A DNA stretch of 62,900 nucleotides, filler included, from Collodictyon triciliatum (taxonomy: Eukaryota), in NCBI GenBank assembly GCA_043381765.1. It is 6 parts of 6 records of this genome, joined end to end, with 100 filler letters (N's around TTAATTAATTAA, not from the genome) between each part and the next. Parts side by side here need not be neighbours in the genome. Positions count along the whole stretch, not along the records: positions 43,292 to 54,486 come from JBHJMP010002460.1; positions 54,587 to 62,900 come from JBHJMP010002487.1; 4 more parts are not named here. One strand, 5' to 3'. Made by a program: the position numbers and the translations under genes. Of the stretch, positions 51,686 through 62,900 are shown one piece after another. Under the pieces are notes generated by a model. It ran no database searches and was not told where the DNA came from. It was given only the letters and a program-made list of their open reading frames with translations. The stretch's first letter is position 1, and every line of letters starts with the position of its first letter.

Positions 51686-53760
51686 AACGAAAAAGTAAAA
51701 CAAAGGCTATCAGACGAAGAAAAGAAAACGTCTTGAGTCTGATAATCTAAAGTCTGTAAAACCACACTATCGAAATGTGAAAATATCTCTTAAGTCGATT
51801 GTAAAAAATCCGGATGACTATGACAAATTCAACGATACGGTTTTATTGTGTCATAATTTGGTTACCAACACTTATATGTTTGCAAGATGTTACACATTGA
51901 AATCACAACAACTCCAAACAATATATGAAATGTTTTCTTTTTGTACGCTTTAAAGATGGTCGGAATAGTTTCACAAGATAGACCCGCAAGTTTAAAAAAC
52001 CAGGAATGAGAGATGAGTAAAGACATGATAGCTTTTTATCTCAATGATTTTCGATTCATTTTGTCCCTAGAAGAACGCTTTCCGTTGGTAGGACTGTCTC
52101 ATGTACTACTGTACTTGGCGAAGCAAATGTTAACAGCTTATCATAGTAACATTAAGGAACATTTTGTAAAGAGGTTACTGCGCTTTATAAATCAAACAGT
52201 TCCTGAAGATGAGAATATGACGAAAGCCATTAAAAAGGCAGAGTTACCAAAGTTAAAAAAAAAAGTCATCTTCAAGAATCTCGAAATACCGGAACAATAT
52301 AAAGAATGGGCTACAACGCATTTGAATCATATTATTCCCAGCTGTATTGTAAAAGGTATCGAATGTGACGTTAAAGTCAATCCAAATAAGTACATTTGTG
52401 TCTGATTTACATGAATCGCATTTTTTGAGGACATTGGAGCCAAACTGGTTCAACCAATCTCTATAAGAACTAACAATATAACATGTTATATTAACCTGGA
52501 TACTGCATGTTTGATATATCTATTAGTATTATCTGGAAATTTGTCATAACTGAAGAATATATTAGGATGCAAAGAGACCCTATGGGATAACTTTGAAATG
52601 AAAAAGATGGTCTTTAATCAAAGAGACTACAATTTTAAATACATGATACAAACAGACGGCTTGGCAGTGACATCGTTGTTTGAAAAGAAAGGTTTTTCAA
52701 ATTCAAAAATAAATCAAAAAAACCCAAAAATATGTTTATATAGATGAACTTTCCGAAGAGCTGTTATCTTTATTAGCGAAAAAAAAAATAGTTGGAGTGG
52801 GCGCAGGCATGTTTAATTTTGTTTACATGGTGGATGAGACAGGTAAGAAATTACATTACACGGCACACAAAGAAGATATGATAGCAAATCTCTTGAAAAT
52901 CACAAAATACTCATGCGTGAGAAAAAAAAATTCAATTATTTGGGGATATAGATGGCAACAGATTTACAAAGTGCTATTTTTTTTATTTTTTTTTTGTCGC
53001 ATGACTTTTGAAGAGAATCGGTAGTTTGAGACATCAAGAGTATATTTAATCGATTTAGAGACAGAACTGAGTAAACATAATTCATGCACAGTCGATTATG
53101 AAAAAATTCTAGAATATGTATCTATAAAATCAAGAAACCAGATAGAATTTTCCAGATTTTATGAACACGTAACTTTTCGAAAGATGATATGGAGACAGTA
53201 TGTTAATACAAAAAGTGAACAGTTGCTTATGGACCGAATCGAAAGGACATTTGGCAAGGATTTTGTACTGGCGTATGGAGACTGGAGCAGAAAATCCCCA
53301 GATGAAACATTTTATGCCAACAATCGGAAGAGGATTACGAAAACTACTATCCAAAAGTTTTGAAACAGTTATTGTAGATGAATTTAGAACCTCCAAAATG
53401 TGCTGTAACTGCGAAAAGGAACTGGAATGTATGAAGCCGAAAGGAAATTCAAAAAAAAAAAGTTGTTTAGATGTCTCATATGTAAAGAATGCAATCGCTC
53501 AGAAAGCAAACAAGGTGTATTCTTGACAACGGACTTCAACAGCGCTAAAAATATAATCAACAAAGTTCTTTCAATTCTTCAAAATATGCATACACCTTTT
53601 AAAAAACATGCTGTCGGGTCTTTCCTGTCAGCCTTCGCCACTGTGCTATCTTTGTGAAAAAAGTGATGAGACCTCGGATGCTAGCGGACGAAGTTTGCCA
53701 CTCGAAAGATTGGTTTGCTCTTCCAAGTAAATGAATATATCGAAATTGTGTTAATTCGGC
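51686..53760 (+). mobile_element. Fanzor1-like (TnpB-derived) element, copy B, near full-length but frameshifted
   Basis: VKISLKSIVKNP...NDTVLLCHNLVTNTYMF; YLAKQMLTAYHSNIKEHFVKRLLRFIN; YMIQTDGLAV; RuvC-I IVGV(G)AG with Asp replaced by Gly; LETELSKHNSCTVDY; LAYGDWS; MPTIGRGLRKLL; IVDEFRTSKMCCNC...CKEC; DFNSAKNI. The coding span of about 1.95 kb implies roughly 640 aa. Confidence 0.9.
53605..53760 (+). ncRNA. Candidate Fanzor omegaRNA scaffold, copy B
   Basis: Aligns with copy A 20360-20510. Contains a GAAA-tetraloop hairpin CCACTC-GAAA-GATTGG (53698-53713), TTTGCT/AGTAAA (53714-53731) and the GGTCT/AGACC pairing (53617-53621 with 53669-53673). Confidence 0.55.
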
Positions 53761-54284
53761 TTGTGAGTTCCATAAATAGTGCTTCAAATATTTTATTTAC
53801 ATTGCGTTTTTTCTTCTTTCTCTTTTTCCTTTTCTTTTTCTTTTTCTTCTCGAGACTTGGTATTTTCTCCACGTGTCTTCTCATGTTTTGGGCCGACAGA
53901 AGGACACTAAAGTTGTCTTTTGTGCCTGTGGCAGTCACAAGCACCTCAGAGTGATGAAAACCAACCCATGCTAAAGGCAGTTTCCCATCTCGTTTGTCCC
54001 ACCAAACTTGTGTACGGTTGCCTACCCAAAGGGCGGGTTGGGCGTGCGAGATGGAAAGAGCGAGTGCGGGATGCCATGCCACAGGATTGTGCTTGTGCGC
54101 AATCGCTATGATCCTGTCTTTTACCTTGCACATCTGACACTGAAGATGTTGTATCGCCTCATGCTGGCCAGGAAAAGATAGGAAACTCGGCTGAAAGGAA
54201 GTAGATAAGGCAAAAGTTCTGGCGATCATACTCACAAACAAACAAAAAAAACACTAGCTTTTATTTATTTGTTTGTTTGTCTAT

Positions 54285-54331
<47 letters not shown>

Positions 54332-54586
54332 CTTATTTACTTATTTACTTATTTGCTTATTTACTTATTTGCTTATTTACTTATTTTTTATTTGTTTGTT
54401 TATTATTTGTTTGTTTATTATTTGTTTGTTTATTATTTGTTTGTTTATTATTTGTTTGTTTATTATTTGTTTGTTTATTATTTGTTNNNNNNNNNNNNNN
54501 NNNNNNNNNNNNNNNNNNNNNNNNNNNNNNTTAATTAATTAANNNNNNNNNNNNNNNNNNNNNNNNNNNNNNNNNNNNNNNNNNNN

Positions 54587-54631
<45 letters not shown>

Positions 54632-54686
54632 NNNNNNNNNNNNNNNNNNNNNNNACACACAATTAAAATAATTGCTTTTTTTTTAC

Positions 54687-57600
54687 CCAAATTCTTGATA
54701 TTTGCTGCTGATTGGTAGGCGAGCCTCTTGGCGATGTTCCTTCATCCCCACTATGAGTATGTTGCTTTGATTGGCCAAGAGGACCAGAGCTCTTCTTGTC
54801 TCCCTTTGATATCGTGTCATATAATTCCTCACCAGCCCTGATATGGTGTCACATTATATATTAAAAATATTGTCGCAAAAAATAATGAACCCCCATTATC
54901 ATTTTATCGCACCTTGGCTGGCCAGATGTGATAATTTGTTGCAAAGCCCTTATTGAATCTCGTCTAAACGGAGACATTCTTTGTTGTGCGCTAGTAATAA
55001 AAAGTTCAATGATATTGTTATATGGTTTTTGGAATAAAGTTTAGGACTATATATTATTCCTACTCTGACTCCTGTGTTTTGTTCATATTTCCTTCGCTGT
55101 GGTCTGCGTTGTGTACGTCAAGAGTGTTTCGTCCCAAAATGTTGCTATTTGATGCTTTTGTAGAGCAGTTTGTCAAAAACATAAATTATGCTAAGAAATG
55201 TGTAGATGCTATCATAACATGACAAAAGTAAAATTATAATAATAATAATTACCTCGCCTGCCCATAAGTCGACTATTCTCGAGTCCACGTTTTTCAAGCA
55301 AAGAACTATTAAACACCCCAAAATATTCATCAATGTGCCGATATGTGTGTTATATAAATCAATGAAATCATTAATAACAAAGTAACCACTCACTTAAATT
55401 TATCCTCATCCCTAGTCGCCTCCTAAATAAGAAGCACGTCATATAATGAAAAGTCCAATACTTGGTTTTAGTTTTTCGGTCAATTTACAAGCCAGTAAAT
55501 AGATTGAACAGTAGTTACGTGATATCTTGGAGTCAGTTGGACAGATTTATCCTCATATTGCGAACCAGAAGTCTGTATTTATTGTTCTTTTTAATTTTGA
55601 AGCGAATGGATTTTTATTTTTAAAGCATAGAGGCGTTTTGGGACATTGATTAATTTTTAAAATTTGAATTGGTGTTGTGGGGAAAAAAAACCTTAGATTG
55701 CACCAATATTTTTCTACTTTGATCTAAAATCGTTTGAAATTGAGAACTTTGTAAAGTAAAAAAAAGAAAAGAAAAGGATTTTTTTTATTCAAGAATTTTT
55801 TGAAATAAGAAAAAATACGTAAAATACACAATCAATAACCTCCAGTAATCAAAATAGATATAGAGTGAACGAGGGAGCTCAGTTTATCCTTCAATGCCTC
55901 AACTTGATCTGACTTATTCAAACACAGGAATATATCCAAATGTCTTCCTAGCTCGGATAAAAAGAATGTCCCCAGCACATTAGCCTTTTCGAACTTCTCA
56001 CCCAGAATATCTGAATTAATTCTCTCGATAGACTCTATCTTGGGTAGAATGGATTCACTTTCGTCATCAAACTGAGTCTCTGTAAATGCGTCTGCCTTTC
56101 GAACAAGAACAACCCTCATCGGAGCAATAGTCCCCGCTGTTTCTTGATCGGTAATGATTTCTTGGTTATATTCCTCTTCCTCTCCAAAGTCTTCATTGAA
56201 TTCTTGCAGCCCGTTCTCCTCGTCTTCAAAGGTGTGGTCGACATTTTCTTGGTTCATACTGGCGCTAGAATGGCTCCCAACGATGGAGTCTGTATTGAAG
56301 GAATCCCTCGACATATCTTTGTCCTCTTTAGATTGGAGTGAACCCTTGCTTAAAGATTTCTTGCTGCGGGTGGTTTTTTTCCCATCCCCACGTGCTGCAA
56401 ACTTGGACAACTTCAGCTGTGACCCCGATCTGTGTTCTGTCGCATCAGAAGATATGGATTTGCCACTGACATCTCTAGGGAGGAAGGATGATGTTGAAGA
56501 GCTTCCAGGAATCACTGTCACCGGGTCTGTGTTGACTCCGATCGAATGGGTTGTCGTAGTAATTTGGTCTTCACCATCCAAAATGGTAGAATATCTTTTT
56601 TTGTCCTTCAAAGACCTCGACATCCTTCGACCTCCAGAAGCCCCTACCTTAGATTTTCTTCGTCGTGAATCGGAGGCTTCTGCTTCGTTCGCCAGCGAGT
56701 CCAAAGAATCTGGCTCTTCTGAAATAGTAGGAAACTCATCATCTTCTTTGTTCTCTGGTGTAGGCACTGTGTCATTCTCCATTCCTTCTTGATCAGCTCT
56801 ACCCAAGCCGACCGCATCCTCAGCCCTGGTCTCTTCATATACTTCGTTTTCTTCCTCTGCTTCAGTTTCTCCCAGTATTTCGTTCACGCTGTCTGTATCT
56901 TTAGGTTTGAGGCCATCTTTGTTTGAATCGACTTCTTTCCTCTTTGTAGTTTTCGATACCTTCCGTGAGGACTGCTGAATTTCAGATGATTTTGATTTTG
57001 TGATATTCGATTGCTTCTTCAGTTTTTCAGAGACAGAACCCTGGTTCAGTTTCTTACCCATAGATGGTGACTTTGATACCTTTTTAGATACCCTTACTTT
57101 CTTTCCTTTTTTCGAGTCTCCGTCTCTATCTCTGGACGACCTGGGAGAGTCAATTATCTCAATTTCGTCTAGTATGGAATCAAGTTCTGAATCATCATCA
57201 GAGTAAGCTTCGCTAGTGCGCTGGTCGTCTCCAAATGATGTGTACGAGTCATCACCATAAAAATGGTTTGATGTTTCCGACTTCAACGAGTTGGTATCAG
57301 TGGATTTGTCACTCTTATCGATGATCGGTGCTGGTGGTGCTGAATGAATGATGATTCTTTCATAGTCTATGAAATTTATGAGGATTGTTAAATGAAATCG
57401 GTAAGAAATGCTCTAAAGATAAAATTAGCTGGAATGTATATAATATAACTGAGCCATTATCATGAAAAACTAGATATCTCACTTAGCAAGTCTTGGGGTT
57501 TCAGTTGCTCAACGGAAGACACTACCCCCTATTCGATGTACCGAGTGGGCGTGTTTGAATATAGCATGATTGTAAAATGTAAATGGAGTTGTATTCGCTT

Positions 57601-60600
57601 TATCTTCATTTAAACTTCATTTATATTTGTTTTTTTTAAAAAAAAAAATATGGACATGCCATAAGAATAAAACAACAGGTCAAGGACAAACCTTAGAATC
57701 AGATACTTGAAGGTCGGCAGTTGATAACCTGAATAATATATTTTATCGAGATATGAAAAAGAAAATATCGATTATACTTTATCAAGATAAATTTAAGAAT
57801 CTATAAGGTAGTGTTTTTTTTTTCGATGATATGATTCTCAAAATTCTTACATTGGTTCCAACACAACCAGAACTTGAGGCGGTGTTGCCTGACAGGACGA
57901 CTCTAGGGTTACGCACAATCTTGCCTGAACTGCTTTATCACAGTTCATATTGAAGGTTGGCTGTACGTCCACATTTGCAAAGGTATTTATCAAGGCGTCT
58001 ACATTCTCAACTTGGCCTACCCCTCGTCCATAGTTCTTTTTTAAAGAAAAAAATTGTTAATCAAAATGAATAAAATATAAGAACAGCCATTCTTAGTGAA
58101 TCATTTTCTGTAATGTTCTTAGGTTAAGTGATAAATTTATTTATTTATTTATTTATTACAAAAAGAATAAACATTACTGGCCCCAGTCTTTCGATGCGCA
58201 TATTTGGATTTTCATGAGGAAGGCGAAGAAGCATCTTCAAATTGTTCGACGAGGCAAATGACTTTAAGGGGCTGACTTCAGCCAATATCTCTGTCTTGCG
58301 GTTGAGCTTTCTAAAGTCTTCACATGAAAGTTGTCGACGAAATCTTCTCAATACTTGAGAGTTATGGTCACTGAGCTTGAATCGCAGAGGCCCTGATGGC
58401 CATACTTGTGTGTCTCTATTCTCATAACTTACTAGATCTGTTGTTTGAATCTCTATCTCGGTAGTTTCCTGTACGATTTTGACTTCCTGCTCTGTTTGAA
58501 TCTCAACAGTTCGATACAATCCAGAGTTGGTTTGCTGCTGGATGAAGGCTTCTCTTTGCCGTTCTTTTTCGTCAATATTTGTGCGAGGAATGTCATCTGC
58601 CAGCGATATGACCGATTCTGTCTCTGTGTCACTTGAGAAGGAGGTACTGCGATCTGAAGAGAGCCCATCCATTTTAGAACTTGCGTGCCTGAGTTTTGGG
58701 GCCTCAAATCGTTCCGGGTAAACTTGTTCCAAGATATTAAGGTCTTGAAGTGACATCGAGCCTCGCTCCTTCATCGTTGCTTTCAGTCGATACGCCGCTT
58801 TATATATGATGAATAAGAAATTGTAAATTCTAACACCTTCTATGGGGCTTTTGAAATCACATTAGAATAGAAAAACATATCTCTTTTCGTTTTTTAATTT
58901 TATTAGAAAAAATAAAAGGGGCATGATCAGGGGTAGAATCAACATGTGAGACTATAAATTTTGACCGATTTCGAAGGGGGACTAAGATTTCGATGGTTAA
59001 AAATTACCCGTTCCTGCAGCTGAAGCATTCTCATTTTCTATATCGATTCTCTTTTTTAATTCAACTTGTAATTTTTCTGGAATGCAATATAATTAGAACT
59101 ATATTCTTTTCCTCTTAATTTCATGATGAAAATTTTCTCCTGATTTGGAATAGACTTGCAACAGGACATTTACTTGCGTTGATTGATTACCTATTGTTTC
59201 TCGGAGTCTAACAATTTCTTTTTCAAGTTTGTAATGCTTCGATGAATTCCTCGTAATCATGTCATCGATTTTCCTCTCCAAGTTTTCGCATTCTTTGGTT
59301 TTTTTTGCTAGTGATGTCTTCAGTCTAGAATTTCGATTGAAGAAAGTACAGCGTCAAGAGATCTCGATATATTAATCACTATTCCAGTTTTGTTCACGAT
59401 ACTAAATTGGTAAAGAAATTATCAAAAATACCCACATAAAATATTCAGCCAGTTTCCTCATCGCATCCTGTCTTTCAGACTCTTTAGATTCTGTTCAATT
59501 TCAAATTACACGTTCAGTATATTATTTTTCAAAGGTTATTCGTATCGTAAAGTGTACGTCTTGGTCACCAAGGTGACAACATGGGAAAGCTGGTGTATTG
59601 CAGCTATGAATGTACTCAGAATCATATCTGTGGTGAAAAAAAAAAAAATTCAAACCAAAGTCGATTATCTGCCGTCTTAATCCAACCATCACAGTTTCGG
59701 ACTGTTTCAGGTCAAATGACAATCGAAGTATTTTTGTGTCAGCCTGTCTTTTGTTTTCTTCGGCAGAATTCTTTTCTCTGTGGCGCAGTATATTTGGATA
59801 TTTTATTGAATCGAATAAAGGGGAAAAACTTGCATATCACATTTAAAAAAGCATTGGTAAGTAATGGTTTTCTAATTTGTACATTTAATTACTTTGTCAA
59901 GTCTTCCATTTGGCTCTTTAGACTGCTGATATTTTCCCTGAATCTATGCATTACAATTTATCGGTATTGCTAAATACTTGGTTTGAAAAGCTTTTTTTAA
60001 AAAAAAAAATTAATCCCCACTTCAGTTTGCGCAAAATGATAGGATTTTCATTAAATAAATAAATAAAAAGGAGAGCATATATCTATTAATAATGTAGCGT
60101 TGAATTTCGGGCTTACATATGACCATCCGTCTTCAAATCAACTATAGATTCTTCAACTGGTTTGACCACAATCCGGCATAATGGTTGGTAATTCGTTGTT
60201 ATTATTGTTGTTTTTTATCAAAAGGTTCATAAAATTTAACAAATCAGACTAGATAAGGATTGAGAATCCCAGCAAATAATAGTTTATTCAGGTCGGGAGA
60301 AAAAAAAAGTAAATTTTCTCACGTTCGGCTATTGTTTTCCTAAGCTGGTCGTTGTCTGATATTAGCTTCTTGCTCATAGCTGACATATTATTCCACACAA
60401 TCTCCAGCAAATCACCACGTTCTTGGCATGTGACAGAGACCTGACGGATTAATTCGTGATAGCATGCTTCAAATACCTGATAGCTTGTGTGAATTTGATC
60501 CGAGGCTACATATTTTACAGATGGTAATTAAGAAGAAGGAAAAAAAATTCTTAGACGACAAGCCGGAAACCATGTACACTGATTTATAAGAACTTTATAT

Positions 60601-62380
60601 ACATGTACCTATGAGTTCGCTGGAATAGAACATTGAGTCATAATGCTCTTCTGGTGATGACTTCAATTTGTCGATTTCCTTCTCCATCCACTTTTGCAAA
60701 AGTATAACCTCCTTTCGGAATGTCGGGCACCGGGGCGGAAGCATTTGGAATTGCCATTTCCCATCAGCTAAGCAGAGCAAGCAAGTTGATAAAAGATAGG
60801 GAAGAAAATATTTGTGATTTTTCGTCAGCAAATATATTAAATAAATTGTTTGCATATAAAAAGTGTCGAAGGAATGGCTCAGTCTTTTGGATTGTTATGA
60901 AAGGTAATTACATCCTATAAATGGTGGTTGAAGTTCTTGGGGTTCCTCCTTAGGAAGAATTGGTGGGACAATTCTTGGAAGGGATGCCTTGAATAGTAAA
61001 TTTATCAAAAGAAAATAAACTCAGTAAATATTGGAACTTAAGGGGAATTAACAATTTAGTATTTCTTCCATTTATAAGGATTAAAAAAAAAAGTACATCT
61101 TGGATGGTATATAGAGAAGTATCTTGCTGCAATCTTTTTGATGATTTCTATAGTTAATTTCCAAAATGGATTAGGGTTCAAAATTAAACATCTACTGATG
61201 ATGAGAGCATCGTGCAATTGAAAAAATTTTAGTAATAATCATGTGTGTGCTTCAGTTTCGATCTACTTCCATACAGATCGTAGTTCAGGAATATCCGTCC
61301 TTGTTGTATTCCCTATGGTATTAAATAAATCAGATATGATCGGAATCATAACAAGAATAGGAAACACATTCAAGAGTGATAATTCATCCCAAAAAAAAAA
61401 AAAAAGGCGACAAATACTGCATTCGCCTAAAGGAACAGGAAACCAAAATACCATAGTGCGAGCAATATTACAAGGGAAATCTAGATTATGTCAACTACCT
61501 TGCCCCCCATACACTCTATTATCATCCTCAGATTCTTTCACTGATGCAGTTGAATCTATAACCAAGTGGTGAAGTCAGGGTTCCTTGTAAGTAAGATCTC
61601 AATATAATGGGTGTGAAACAAAACATGAGAATGGAAGTATTTTATTTCCCCTTTTAAAAACGTGCTGTTGTGCTGATGGAAATGATAAAATCGATATATA
61701 TATATATTCATGTATGTTTTTTTTTCATTCTTCCTTTTAATTTATGCAGGATGGTGGATATGTATTCATGCACGGCATCGTTCCAGACAAGTCTAAAAGA
61801 TAGTACCTCTTTGGGACAAAAGAGACTCCTTCCATCGAGAGGATGCCTTTGTCATTTGTGAACTTCCTTGGTCCAACATCTCATCTTTGCTAATGACAGA
61901 GGATGAAAACATCAGTCGTGGCCGCTCATCTGCAGGTAGATGCCTCCGCATCTCAGGCCTTTGCGAATTGTCCACATCCATGGACGAAAATCGACCAGAT
62001 TGGTTCTCTGGAAAGGCTGATGGTGCCGTCTGCGTGAGAGATGAACTCTGGTGCTGATGCTGGCCTTGTCCAAGCATATCGCGCACGTACTTGGCCTGCA
62101 CTCTGGACGATGTGTTTGTGATGAAGAGGCGATCGGCCGTCTCCTCAAAGTCTCGCGGTTGTGTTGGGGTGCGTTGACCGAGTGGCAGCAGAAATGAGTG
62201 GCTGAGGTTGGGCAGAATCAGAGCTTCCTTGTGAAAGCCTGTGTGATCGCCTGGGCTCAGGGACGAAACAGACAAAGGCGAAGGTGATGCATGCTTTGCA
62301 ATCGGTCGACGCTGCGGTGTTTCCGGCGGATTCATCGAACCGGGCGCAGTGCGAGATATTGACCCTTGTTTCTGGGCCAT
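54687..62380 (-). CDS. Large coiled-coil/low-complexity protein with an axonemal dynein light-chain (p28-like) domain, AXDND1-like; 3' end lost at the scaffold end
   Basis: Exons give PTFRKEVILLQKWM and VFEACYHELIRQVSVTCQERGDLLEIVW, matching the ELIRQV-xx-C-x-ERG-x-LL signature. Heptad-rich exons follow, then long acidic/Ser-rich exons (55832-57360, 58177-58790). Confidence 0.75.
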
Positions 62381-62676
62381 GGCTTGTGGGTGTGGTTTTC
62401 AGCGTATTGGACGGTTTAGTGTGGGTTTTCGAAGGGAGCTTGTTGGTCGGACACGATTTTTACTTGTCTTTCTATTTTTACTCTTGCGTTGGTGTGTCTT
62501 TTTCTTTGGCCAAGTTTTATATTCATTTTCTGTATTTTCCTCTATTTTTATATTTCTTATGTATCAAATTGCTCTCCAATATCATATACTTTGCTATTTT
62601 ATTTTTAATTATTTTTTTAGTTTTATACTTTATTTTGATGTTTTGAACCTTTTTTTTTTGTTTATAATCGTTTTAT

Positions 62677-62734
<58 letters not shown>

Positions 62735-62900
62735 CCATGTTTTTGTTTTTTGTTTTTTTTTTTTGGTTTTAATAATTTGCTTTCTTGTTTACTTTTTTAC
62801 TTTTTTACTTTTTTACTTTTTTTACTTTTTTTACTTTTTTTTACTTTTTTTACTTTTTTACTTTTTTACTTTTTTTACTTTTTTTACTTTTTTTACTTTT

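Noticed and set aside
51712-51735. KKRKR nuclear localisation signal at the Fanzor N-terminus
   Set aside because: It appears only in copy B through a 1-nt indel; copy A gives the continuous frame KKVKQRLSHEEKKSLES.
53681-54241. 186-aa minus-strand ORF beside Fanzor copy B as a possible transposase
   Set aside because: It has no DDE, HUH or serine-recombinase motifs and runs through a low-complexity A-tract.

Overview
This is AT-rich, intron-dense eukaryotic nuclear DNA, probably from a flagellated protist given an axonemal dynein light-chain-domain gene, and it uses the standard genetic code. The window is not one locus. It is six short scaffolds (mostly about 11.2 kb) joined by artificial N44-TTAATTAATTAA-N44 linkers, so adjacency across a linker carries no meaning. 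Recognisable spliced genes: mitochondrial BCAT, a reticulon-like protein, NOC3, an SLC12 cation-chloride cotransporter, an M28 leucyl aminopeptidase, an HGG alpha/beta-hydrolase, Vps55, a large glycine-rich At5g47020-like membrane protein, NAP1, SLC33A1 and an AXDND1-like protein. There is also a tRNA-Phe(GAA) and a NACHT-TPR pseudogene. Three things stand out. (1) Two independent decayed copies of a Fanzor1-like (TnpB-derived, RNA-guided nuclease) element share a hairpin-rich 3' region that looks like an omegaRNA scaffold, and their lesions are complementary, so an ancestral protein and RNA could be rebuilt. (2) An intron-rich gene encodes a bacterial-type N,N-dimethylformamidase large subunit ending in a peroxisomal SRL signal. 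(3) A family of about 20-27 nt poly(A)-tailed micro-insertions with 16-19 bp target-site duplications matches the extreme 3' end of a TSD-flanked LINE relic in the window. All exon models, alignments and folds were made by eye and no database searches were run.
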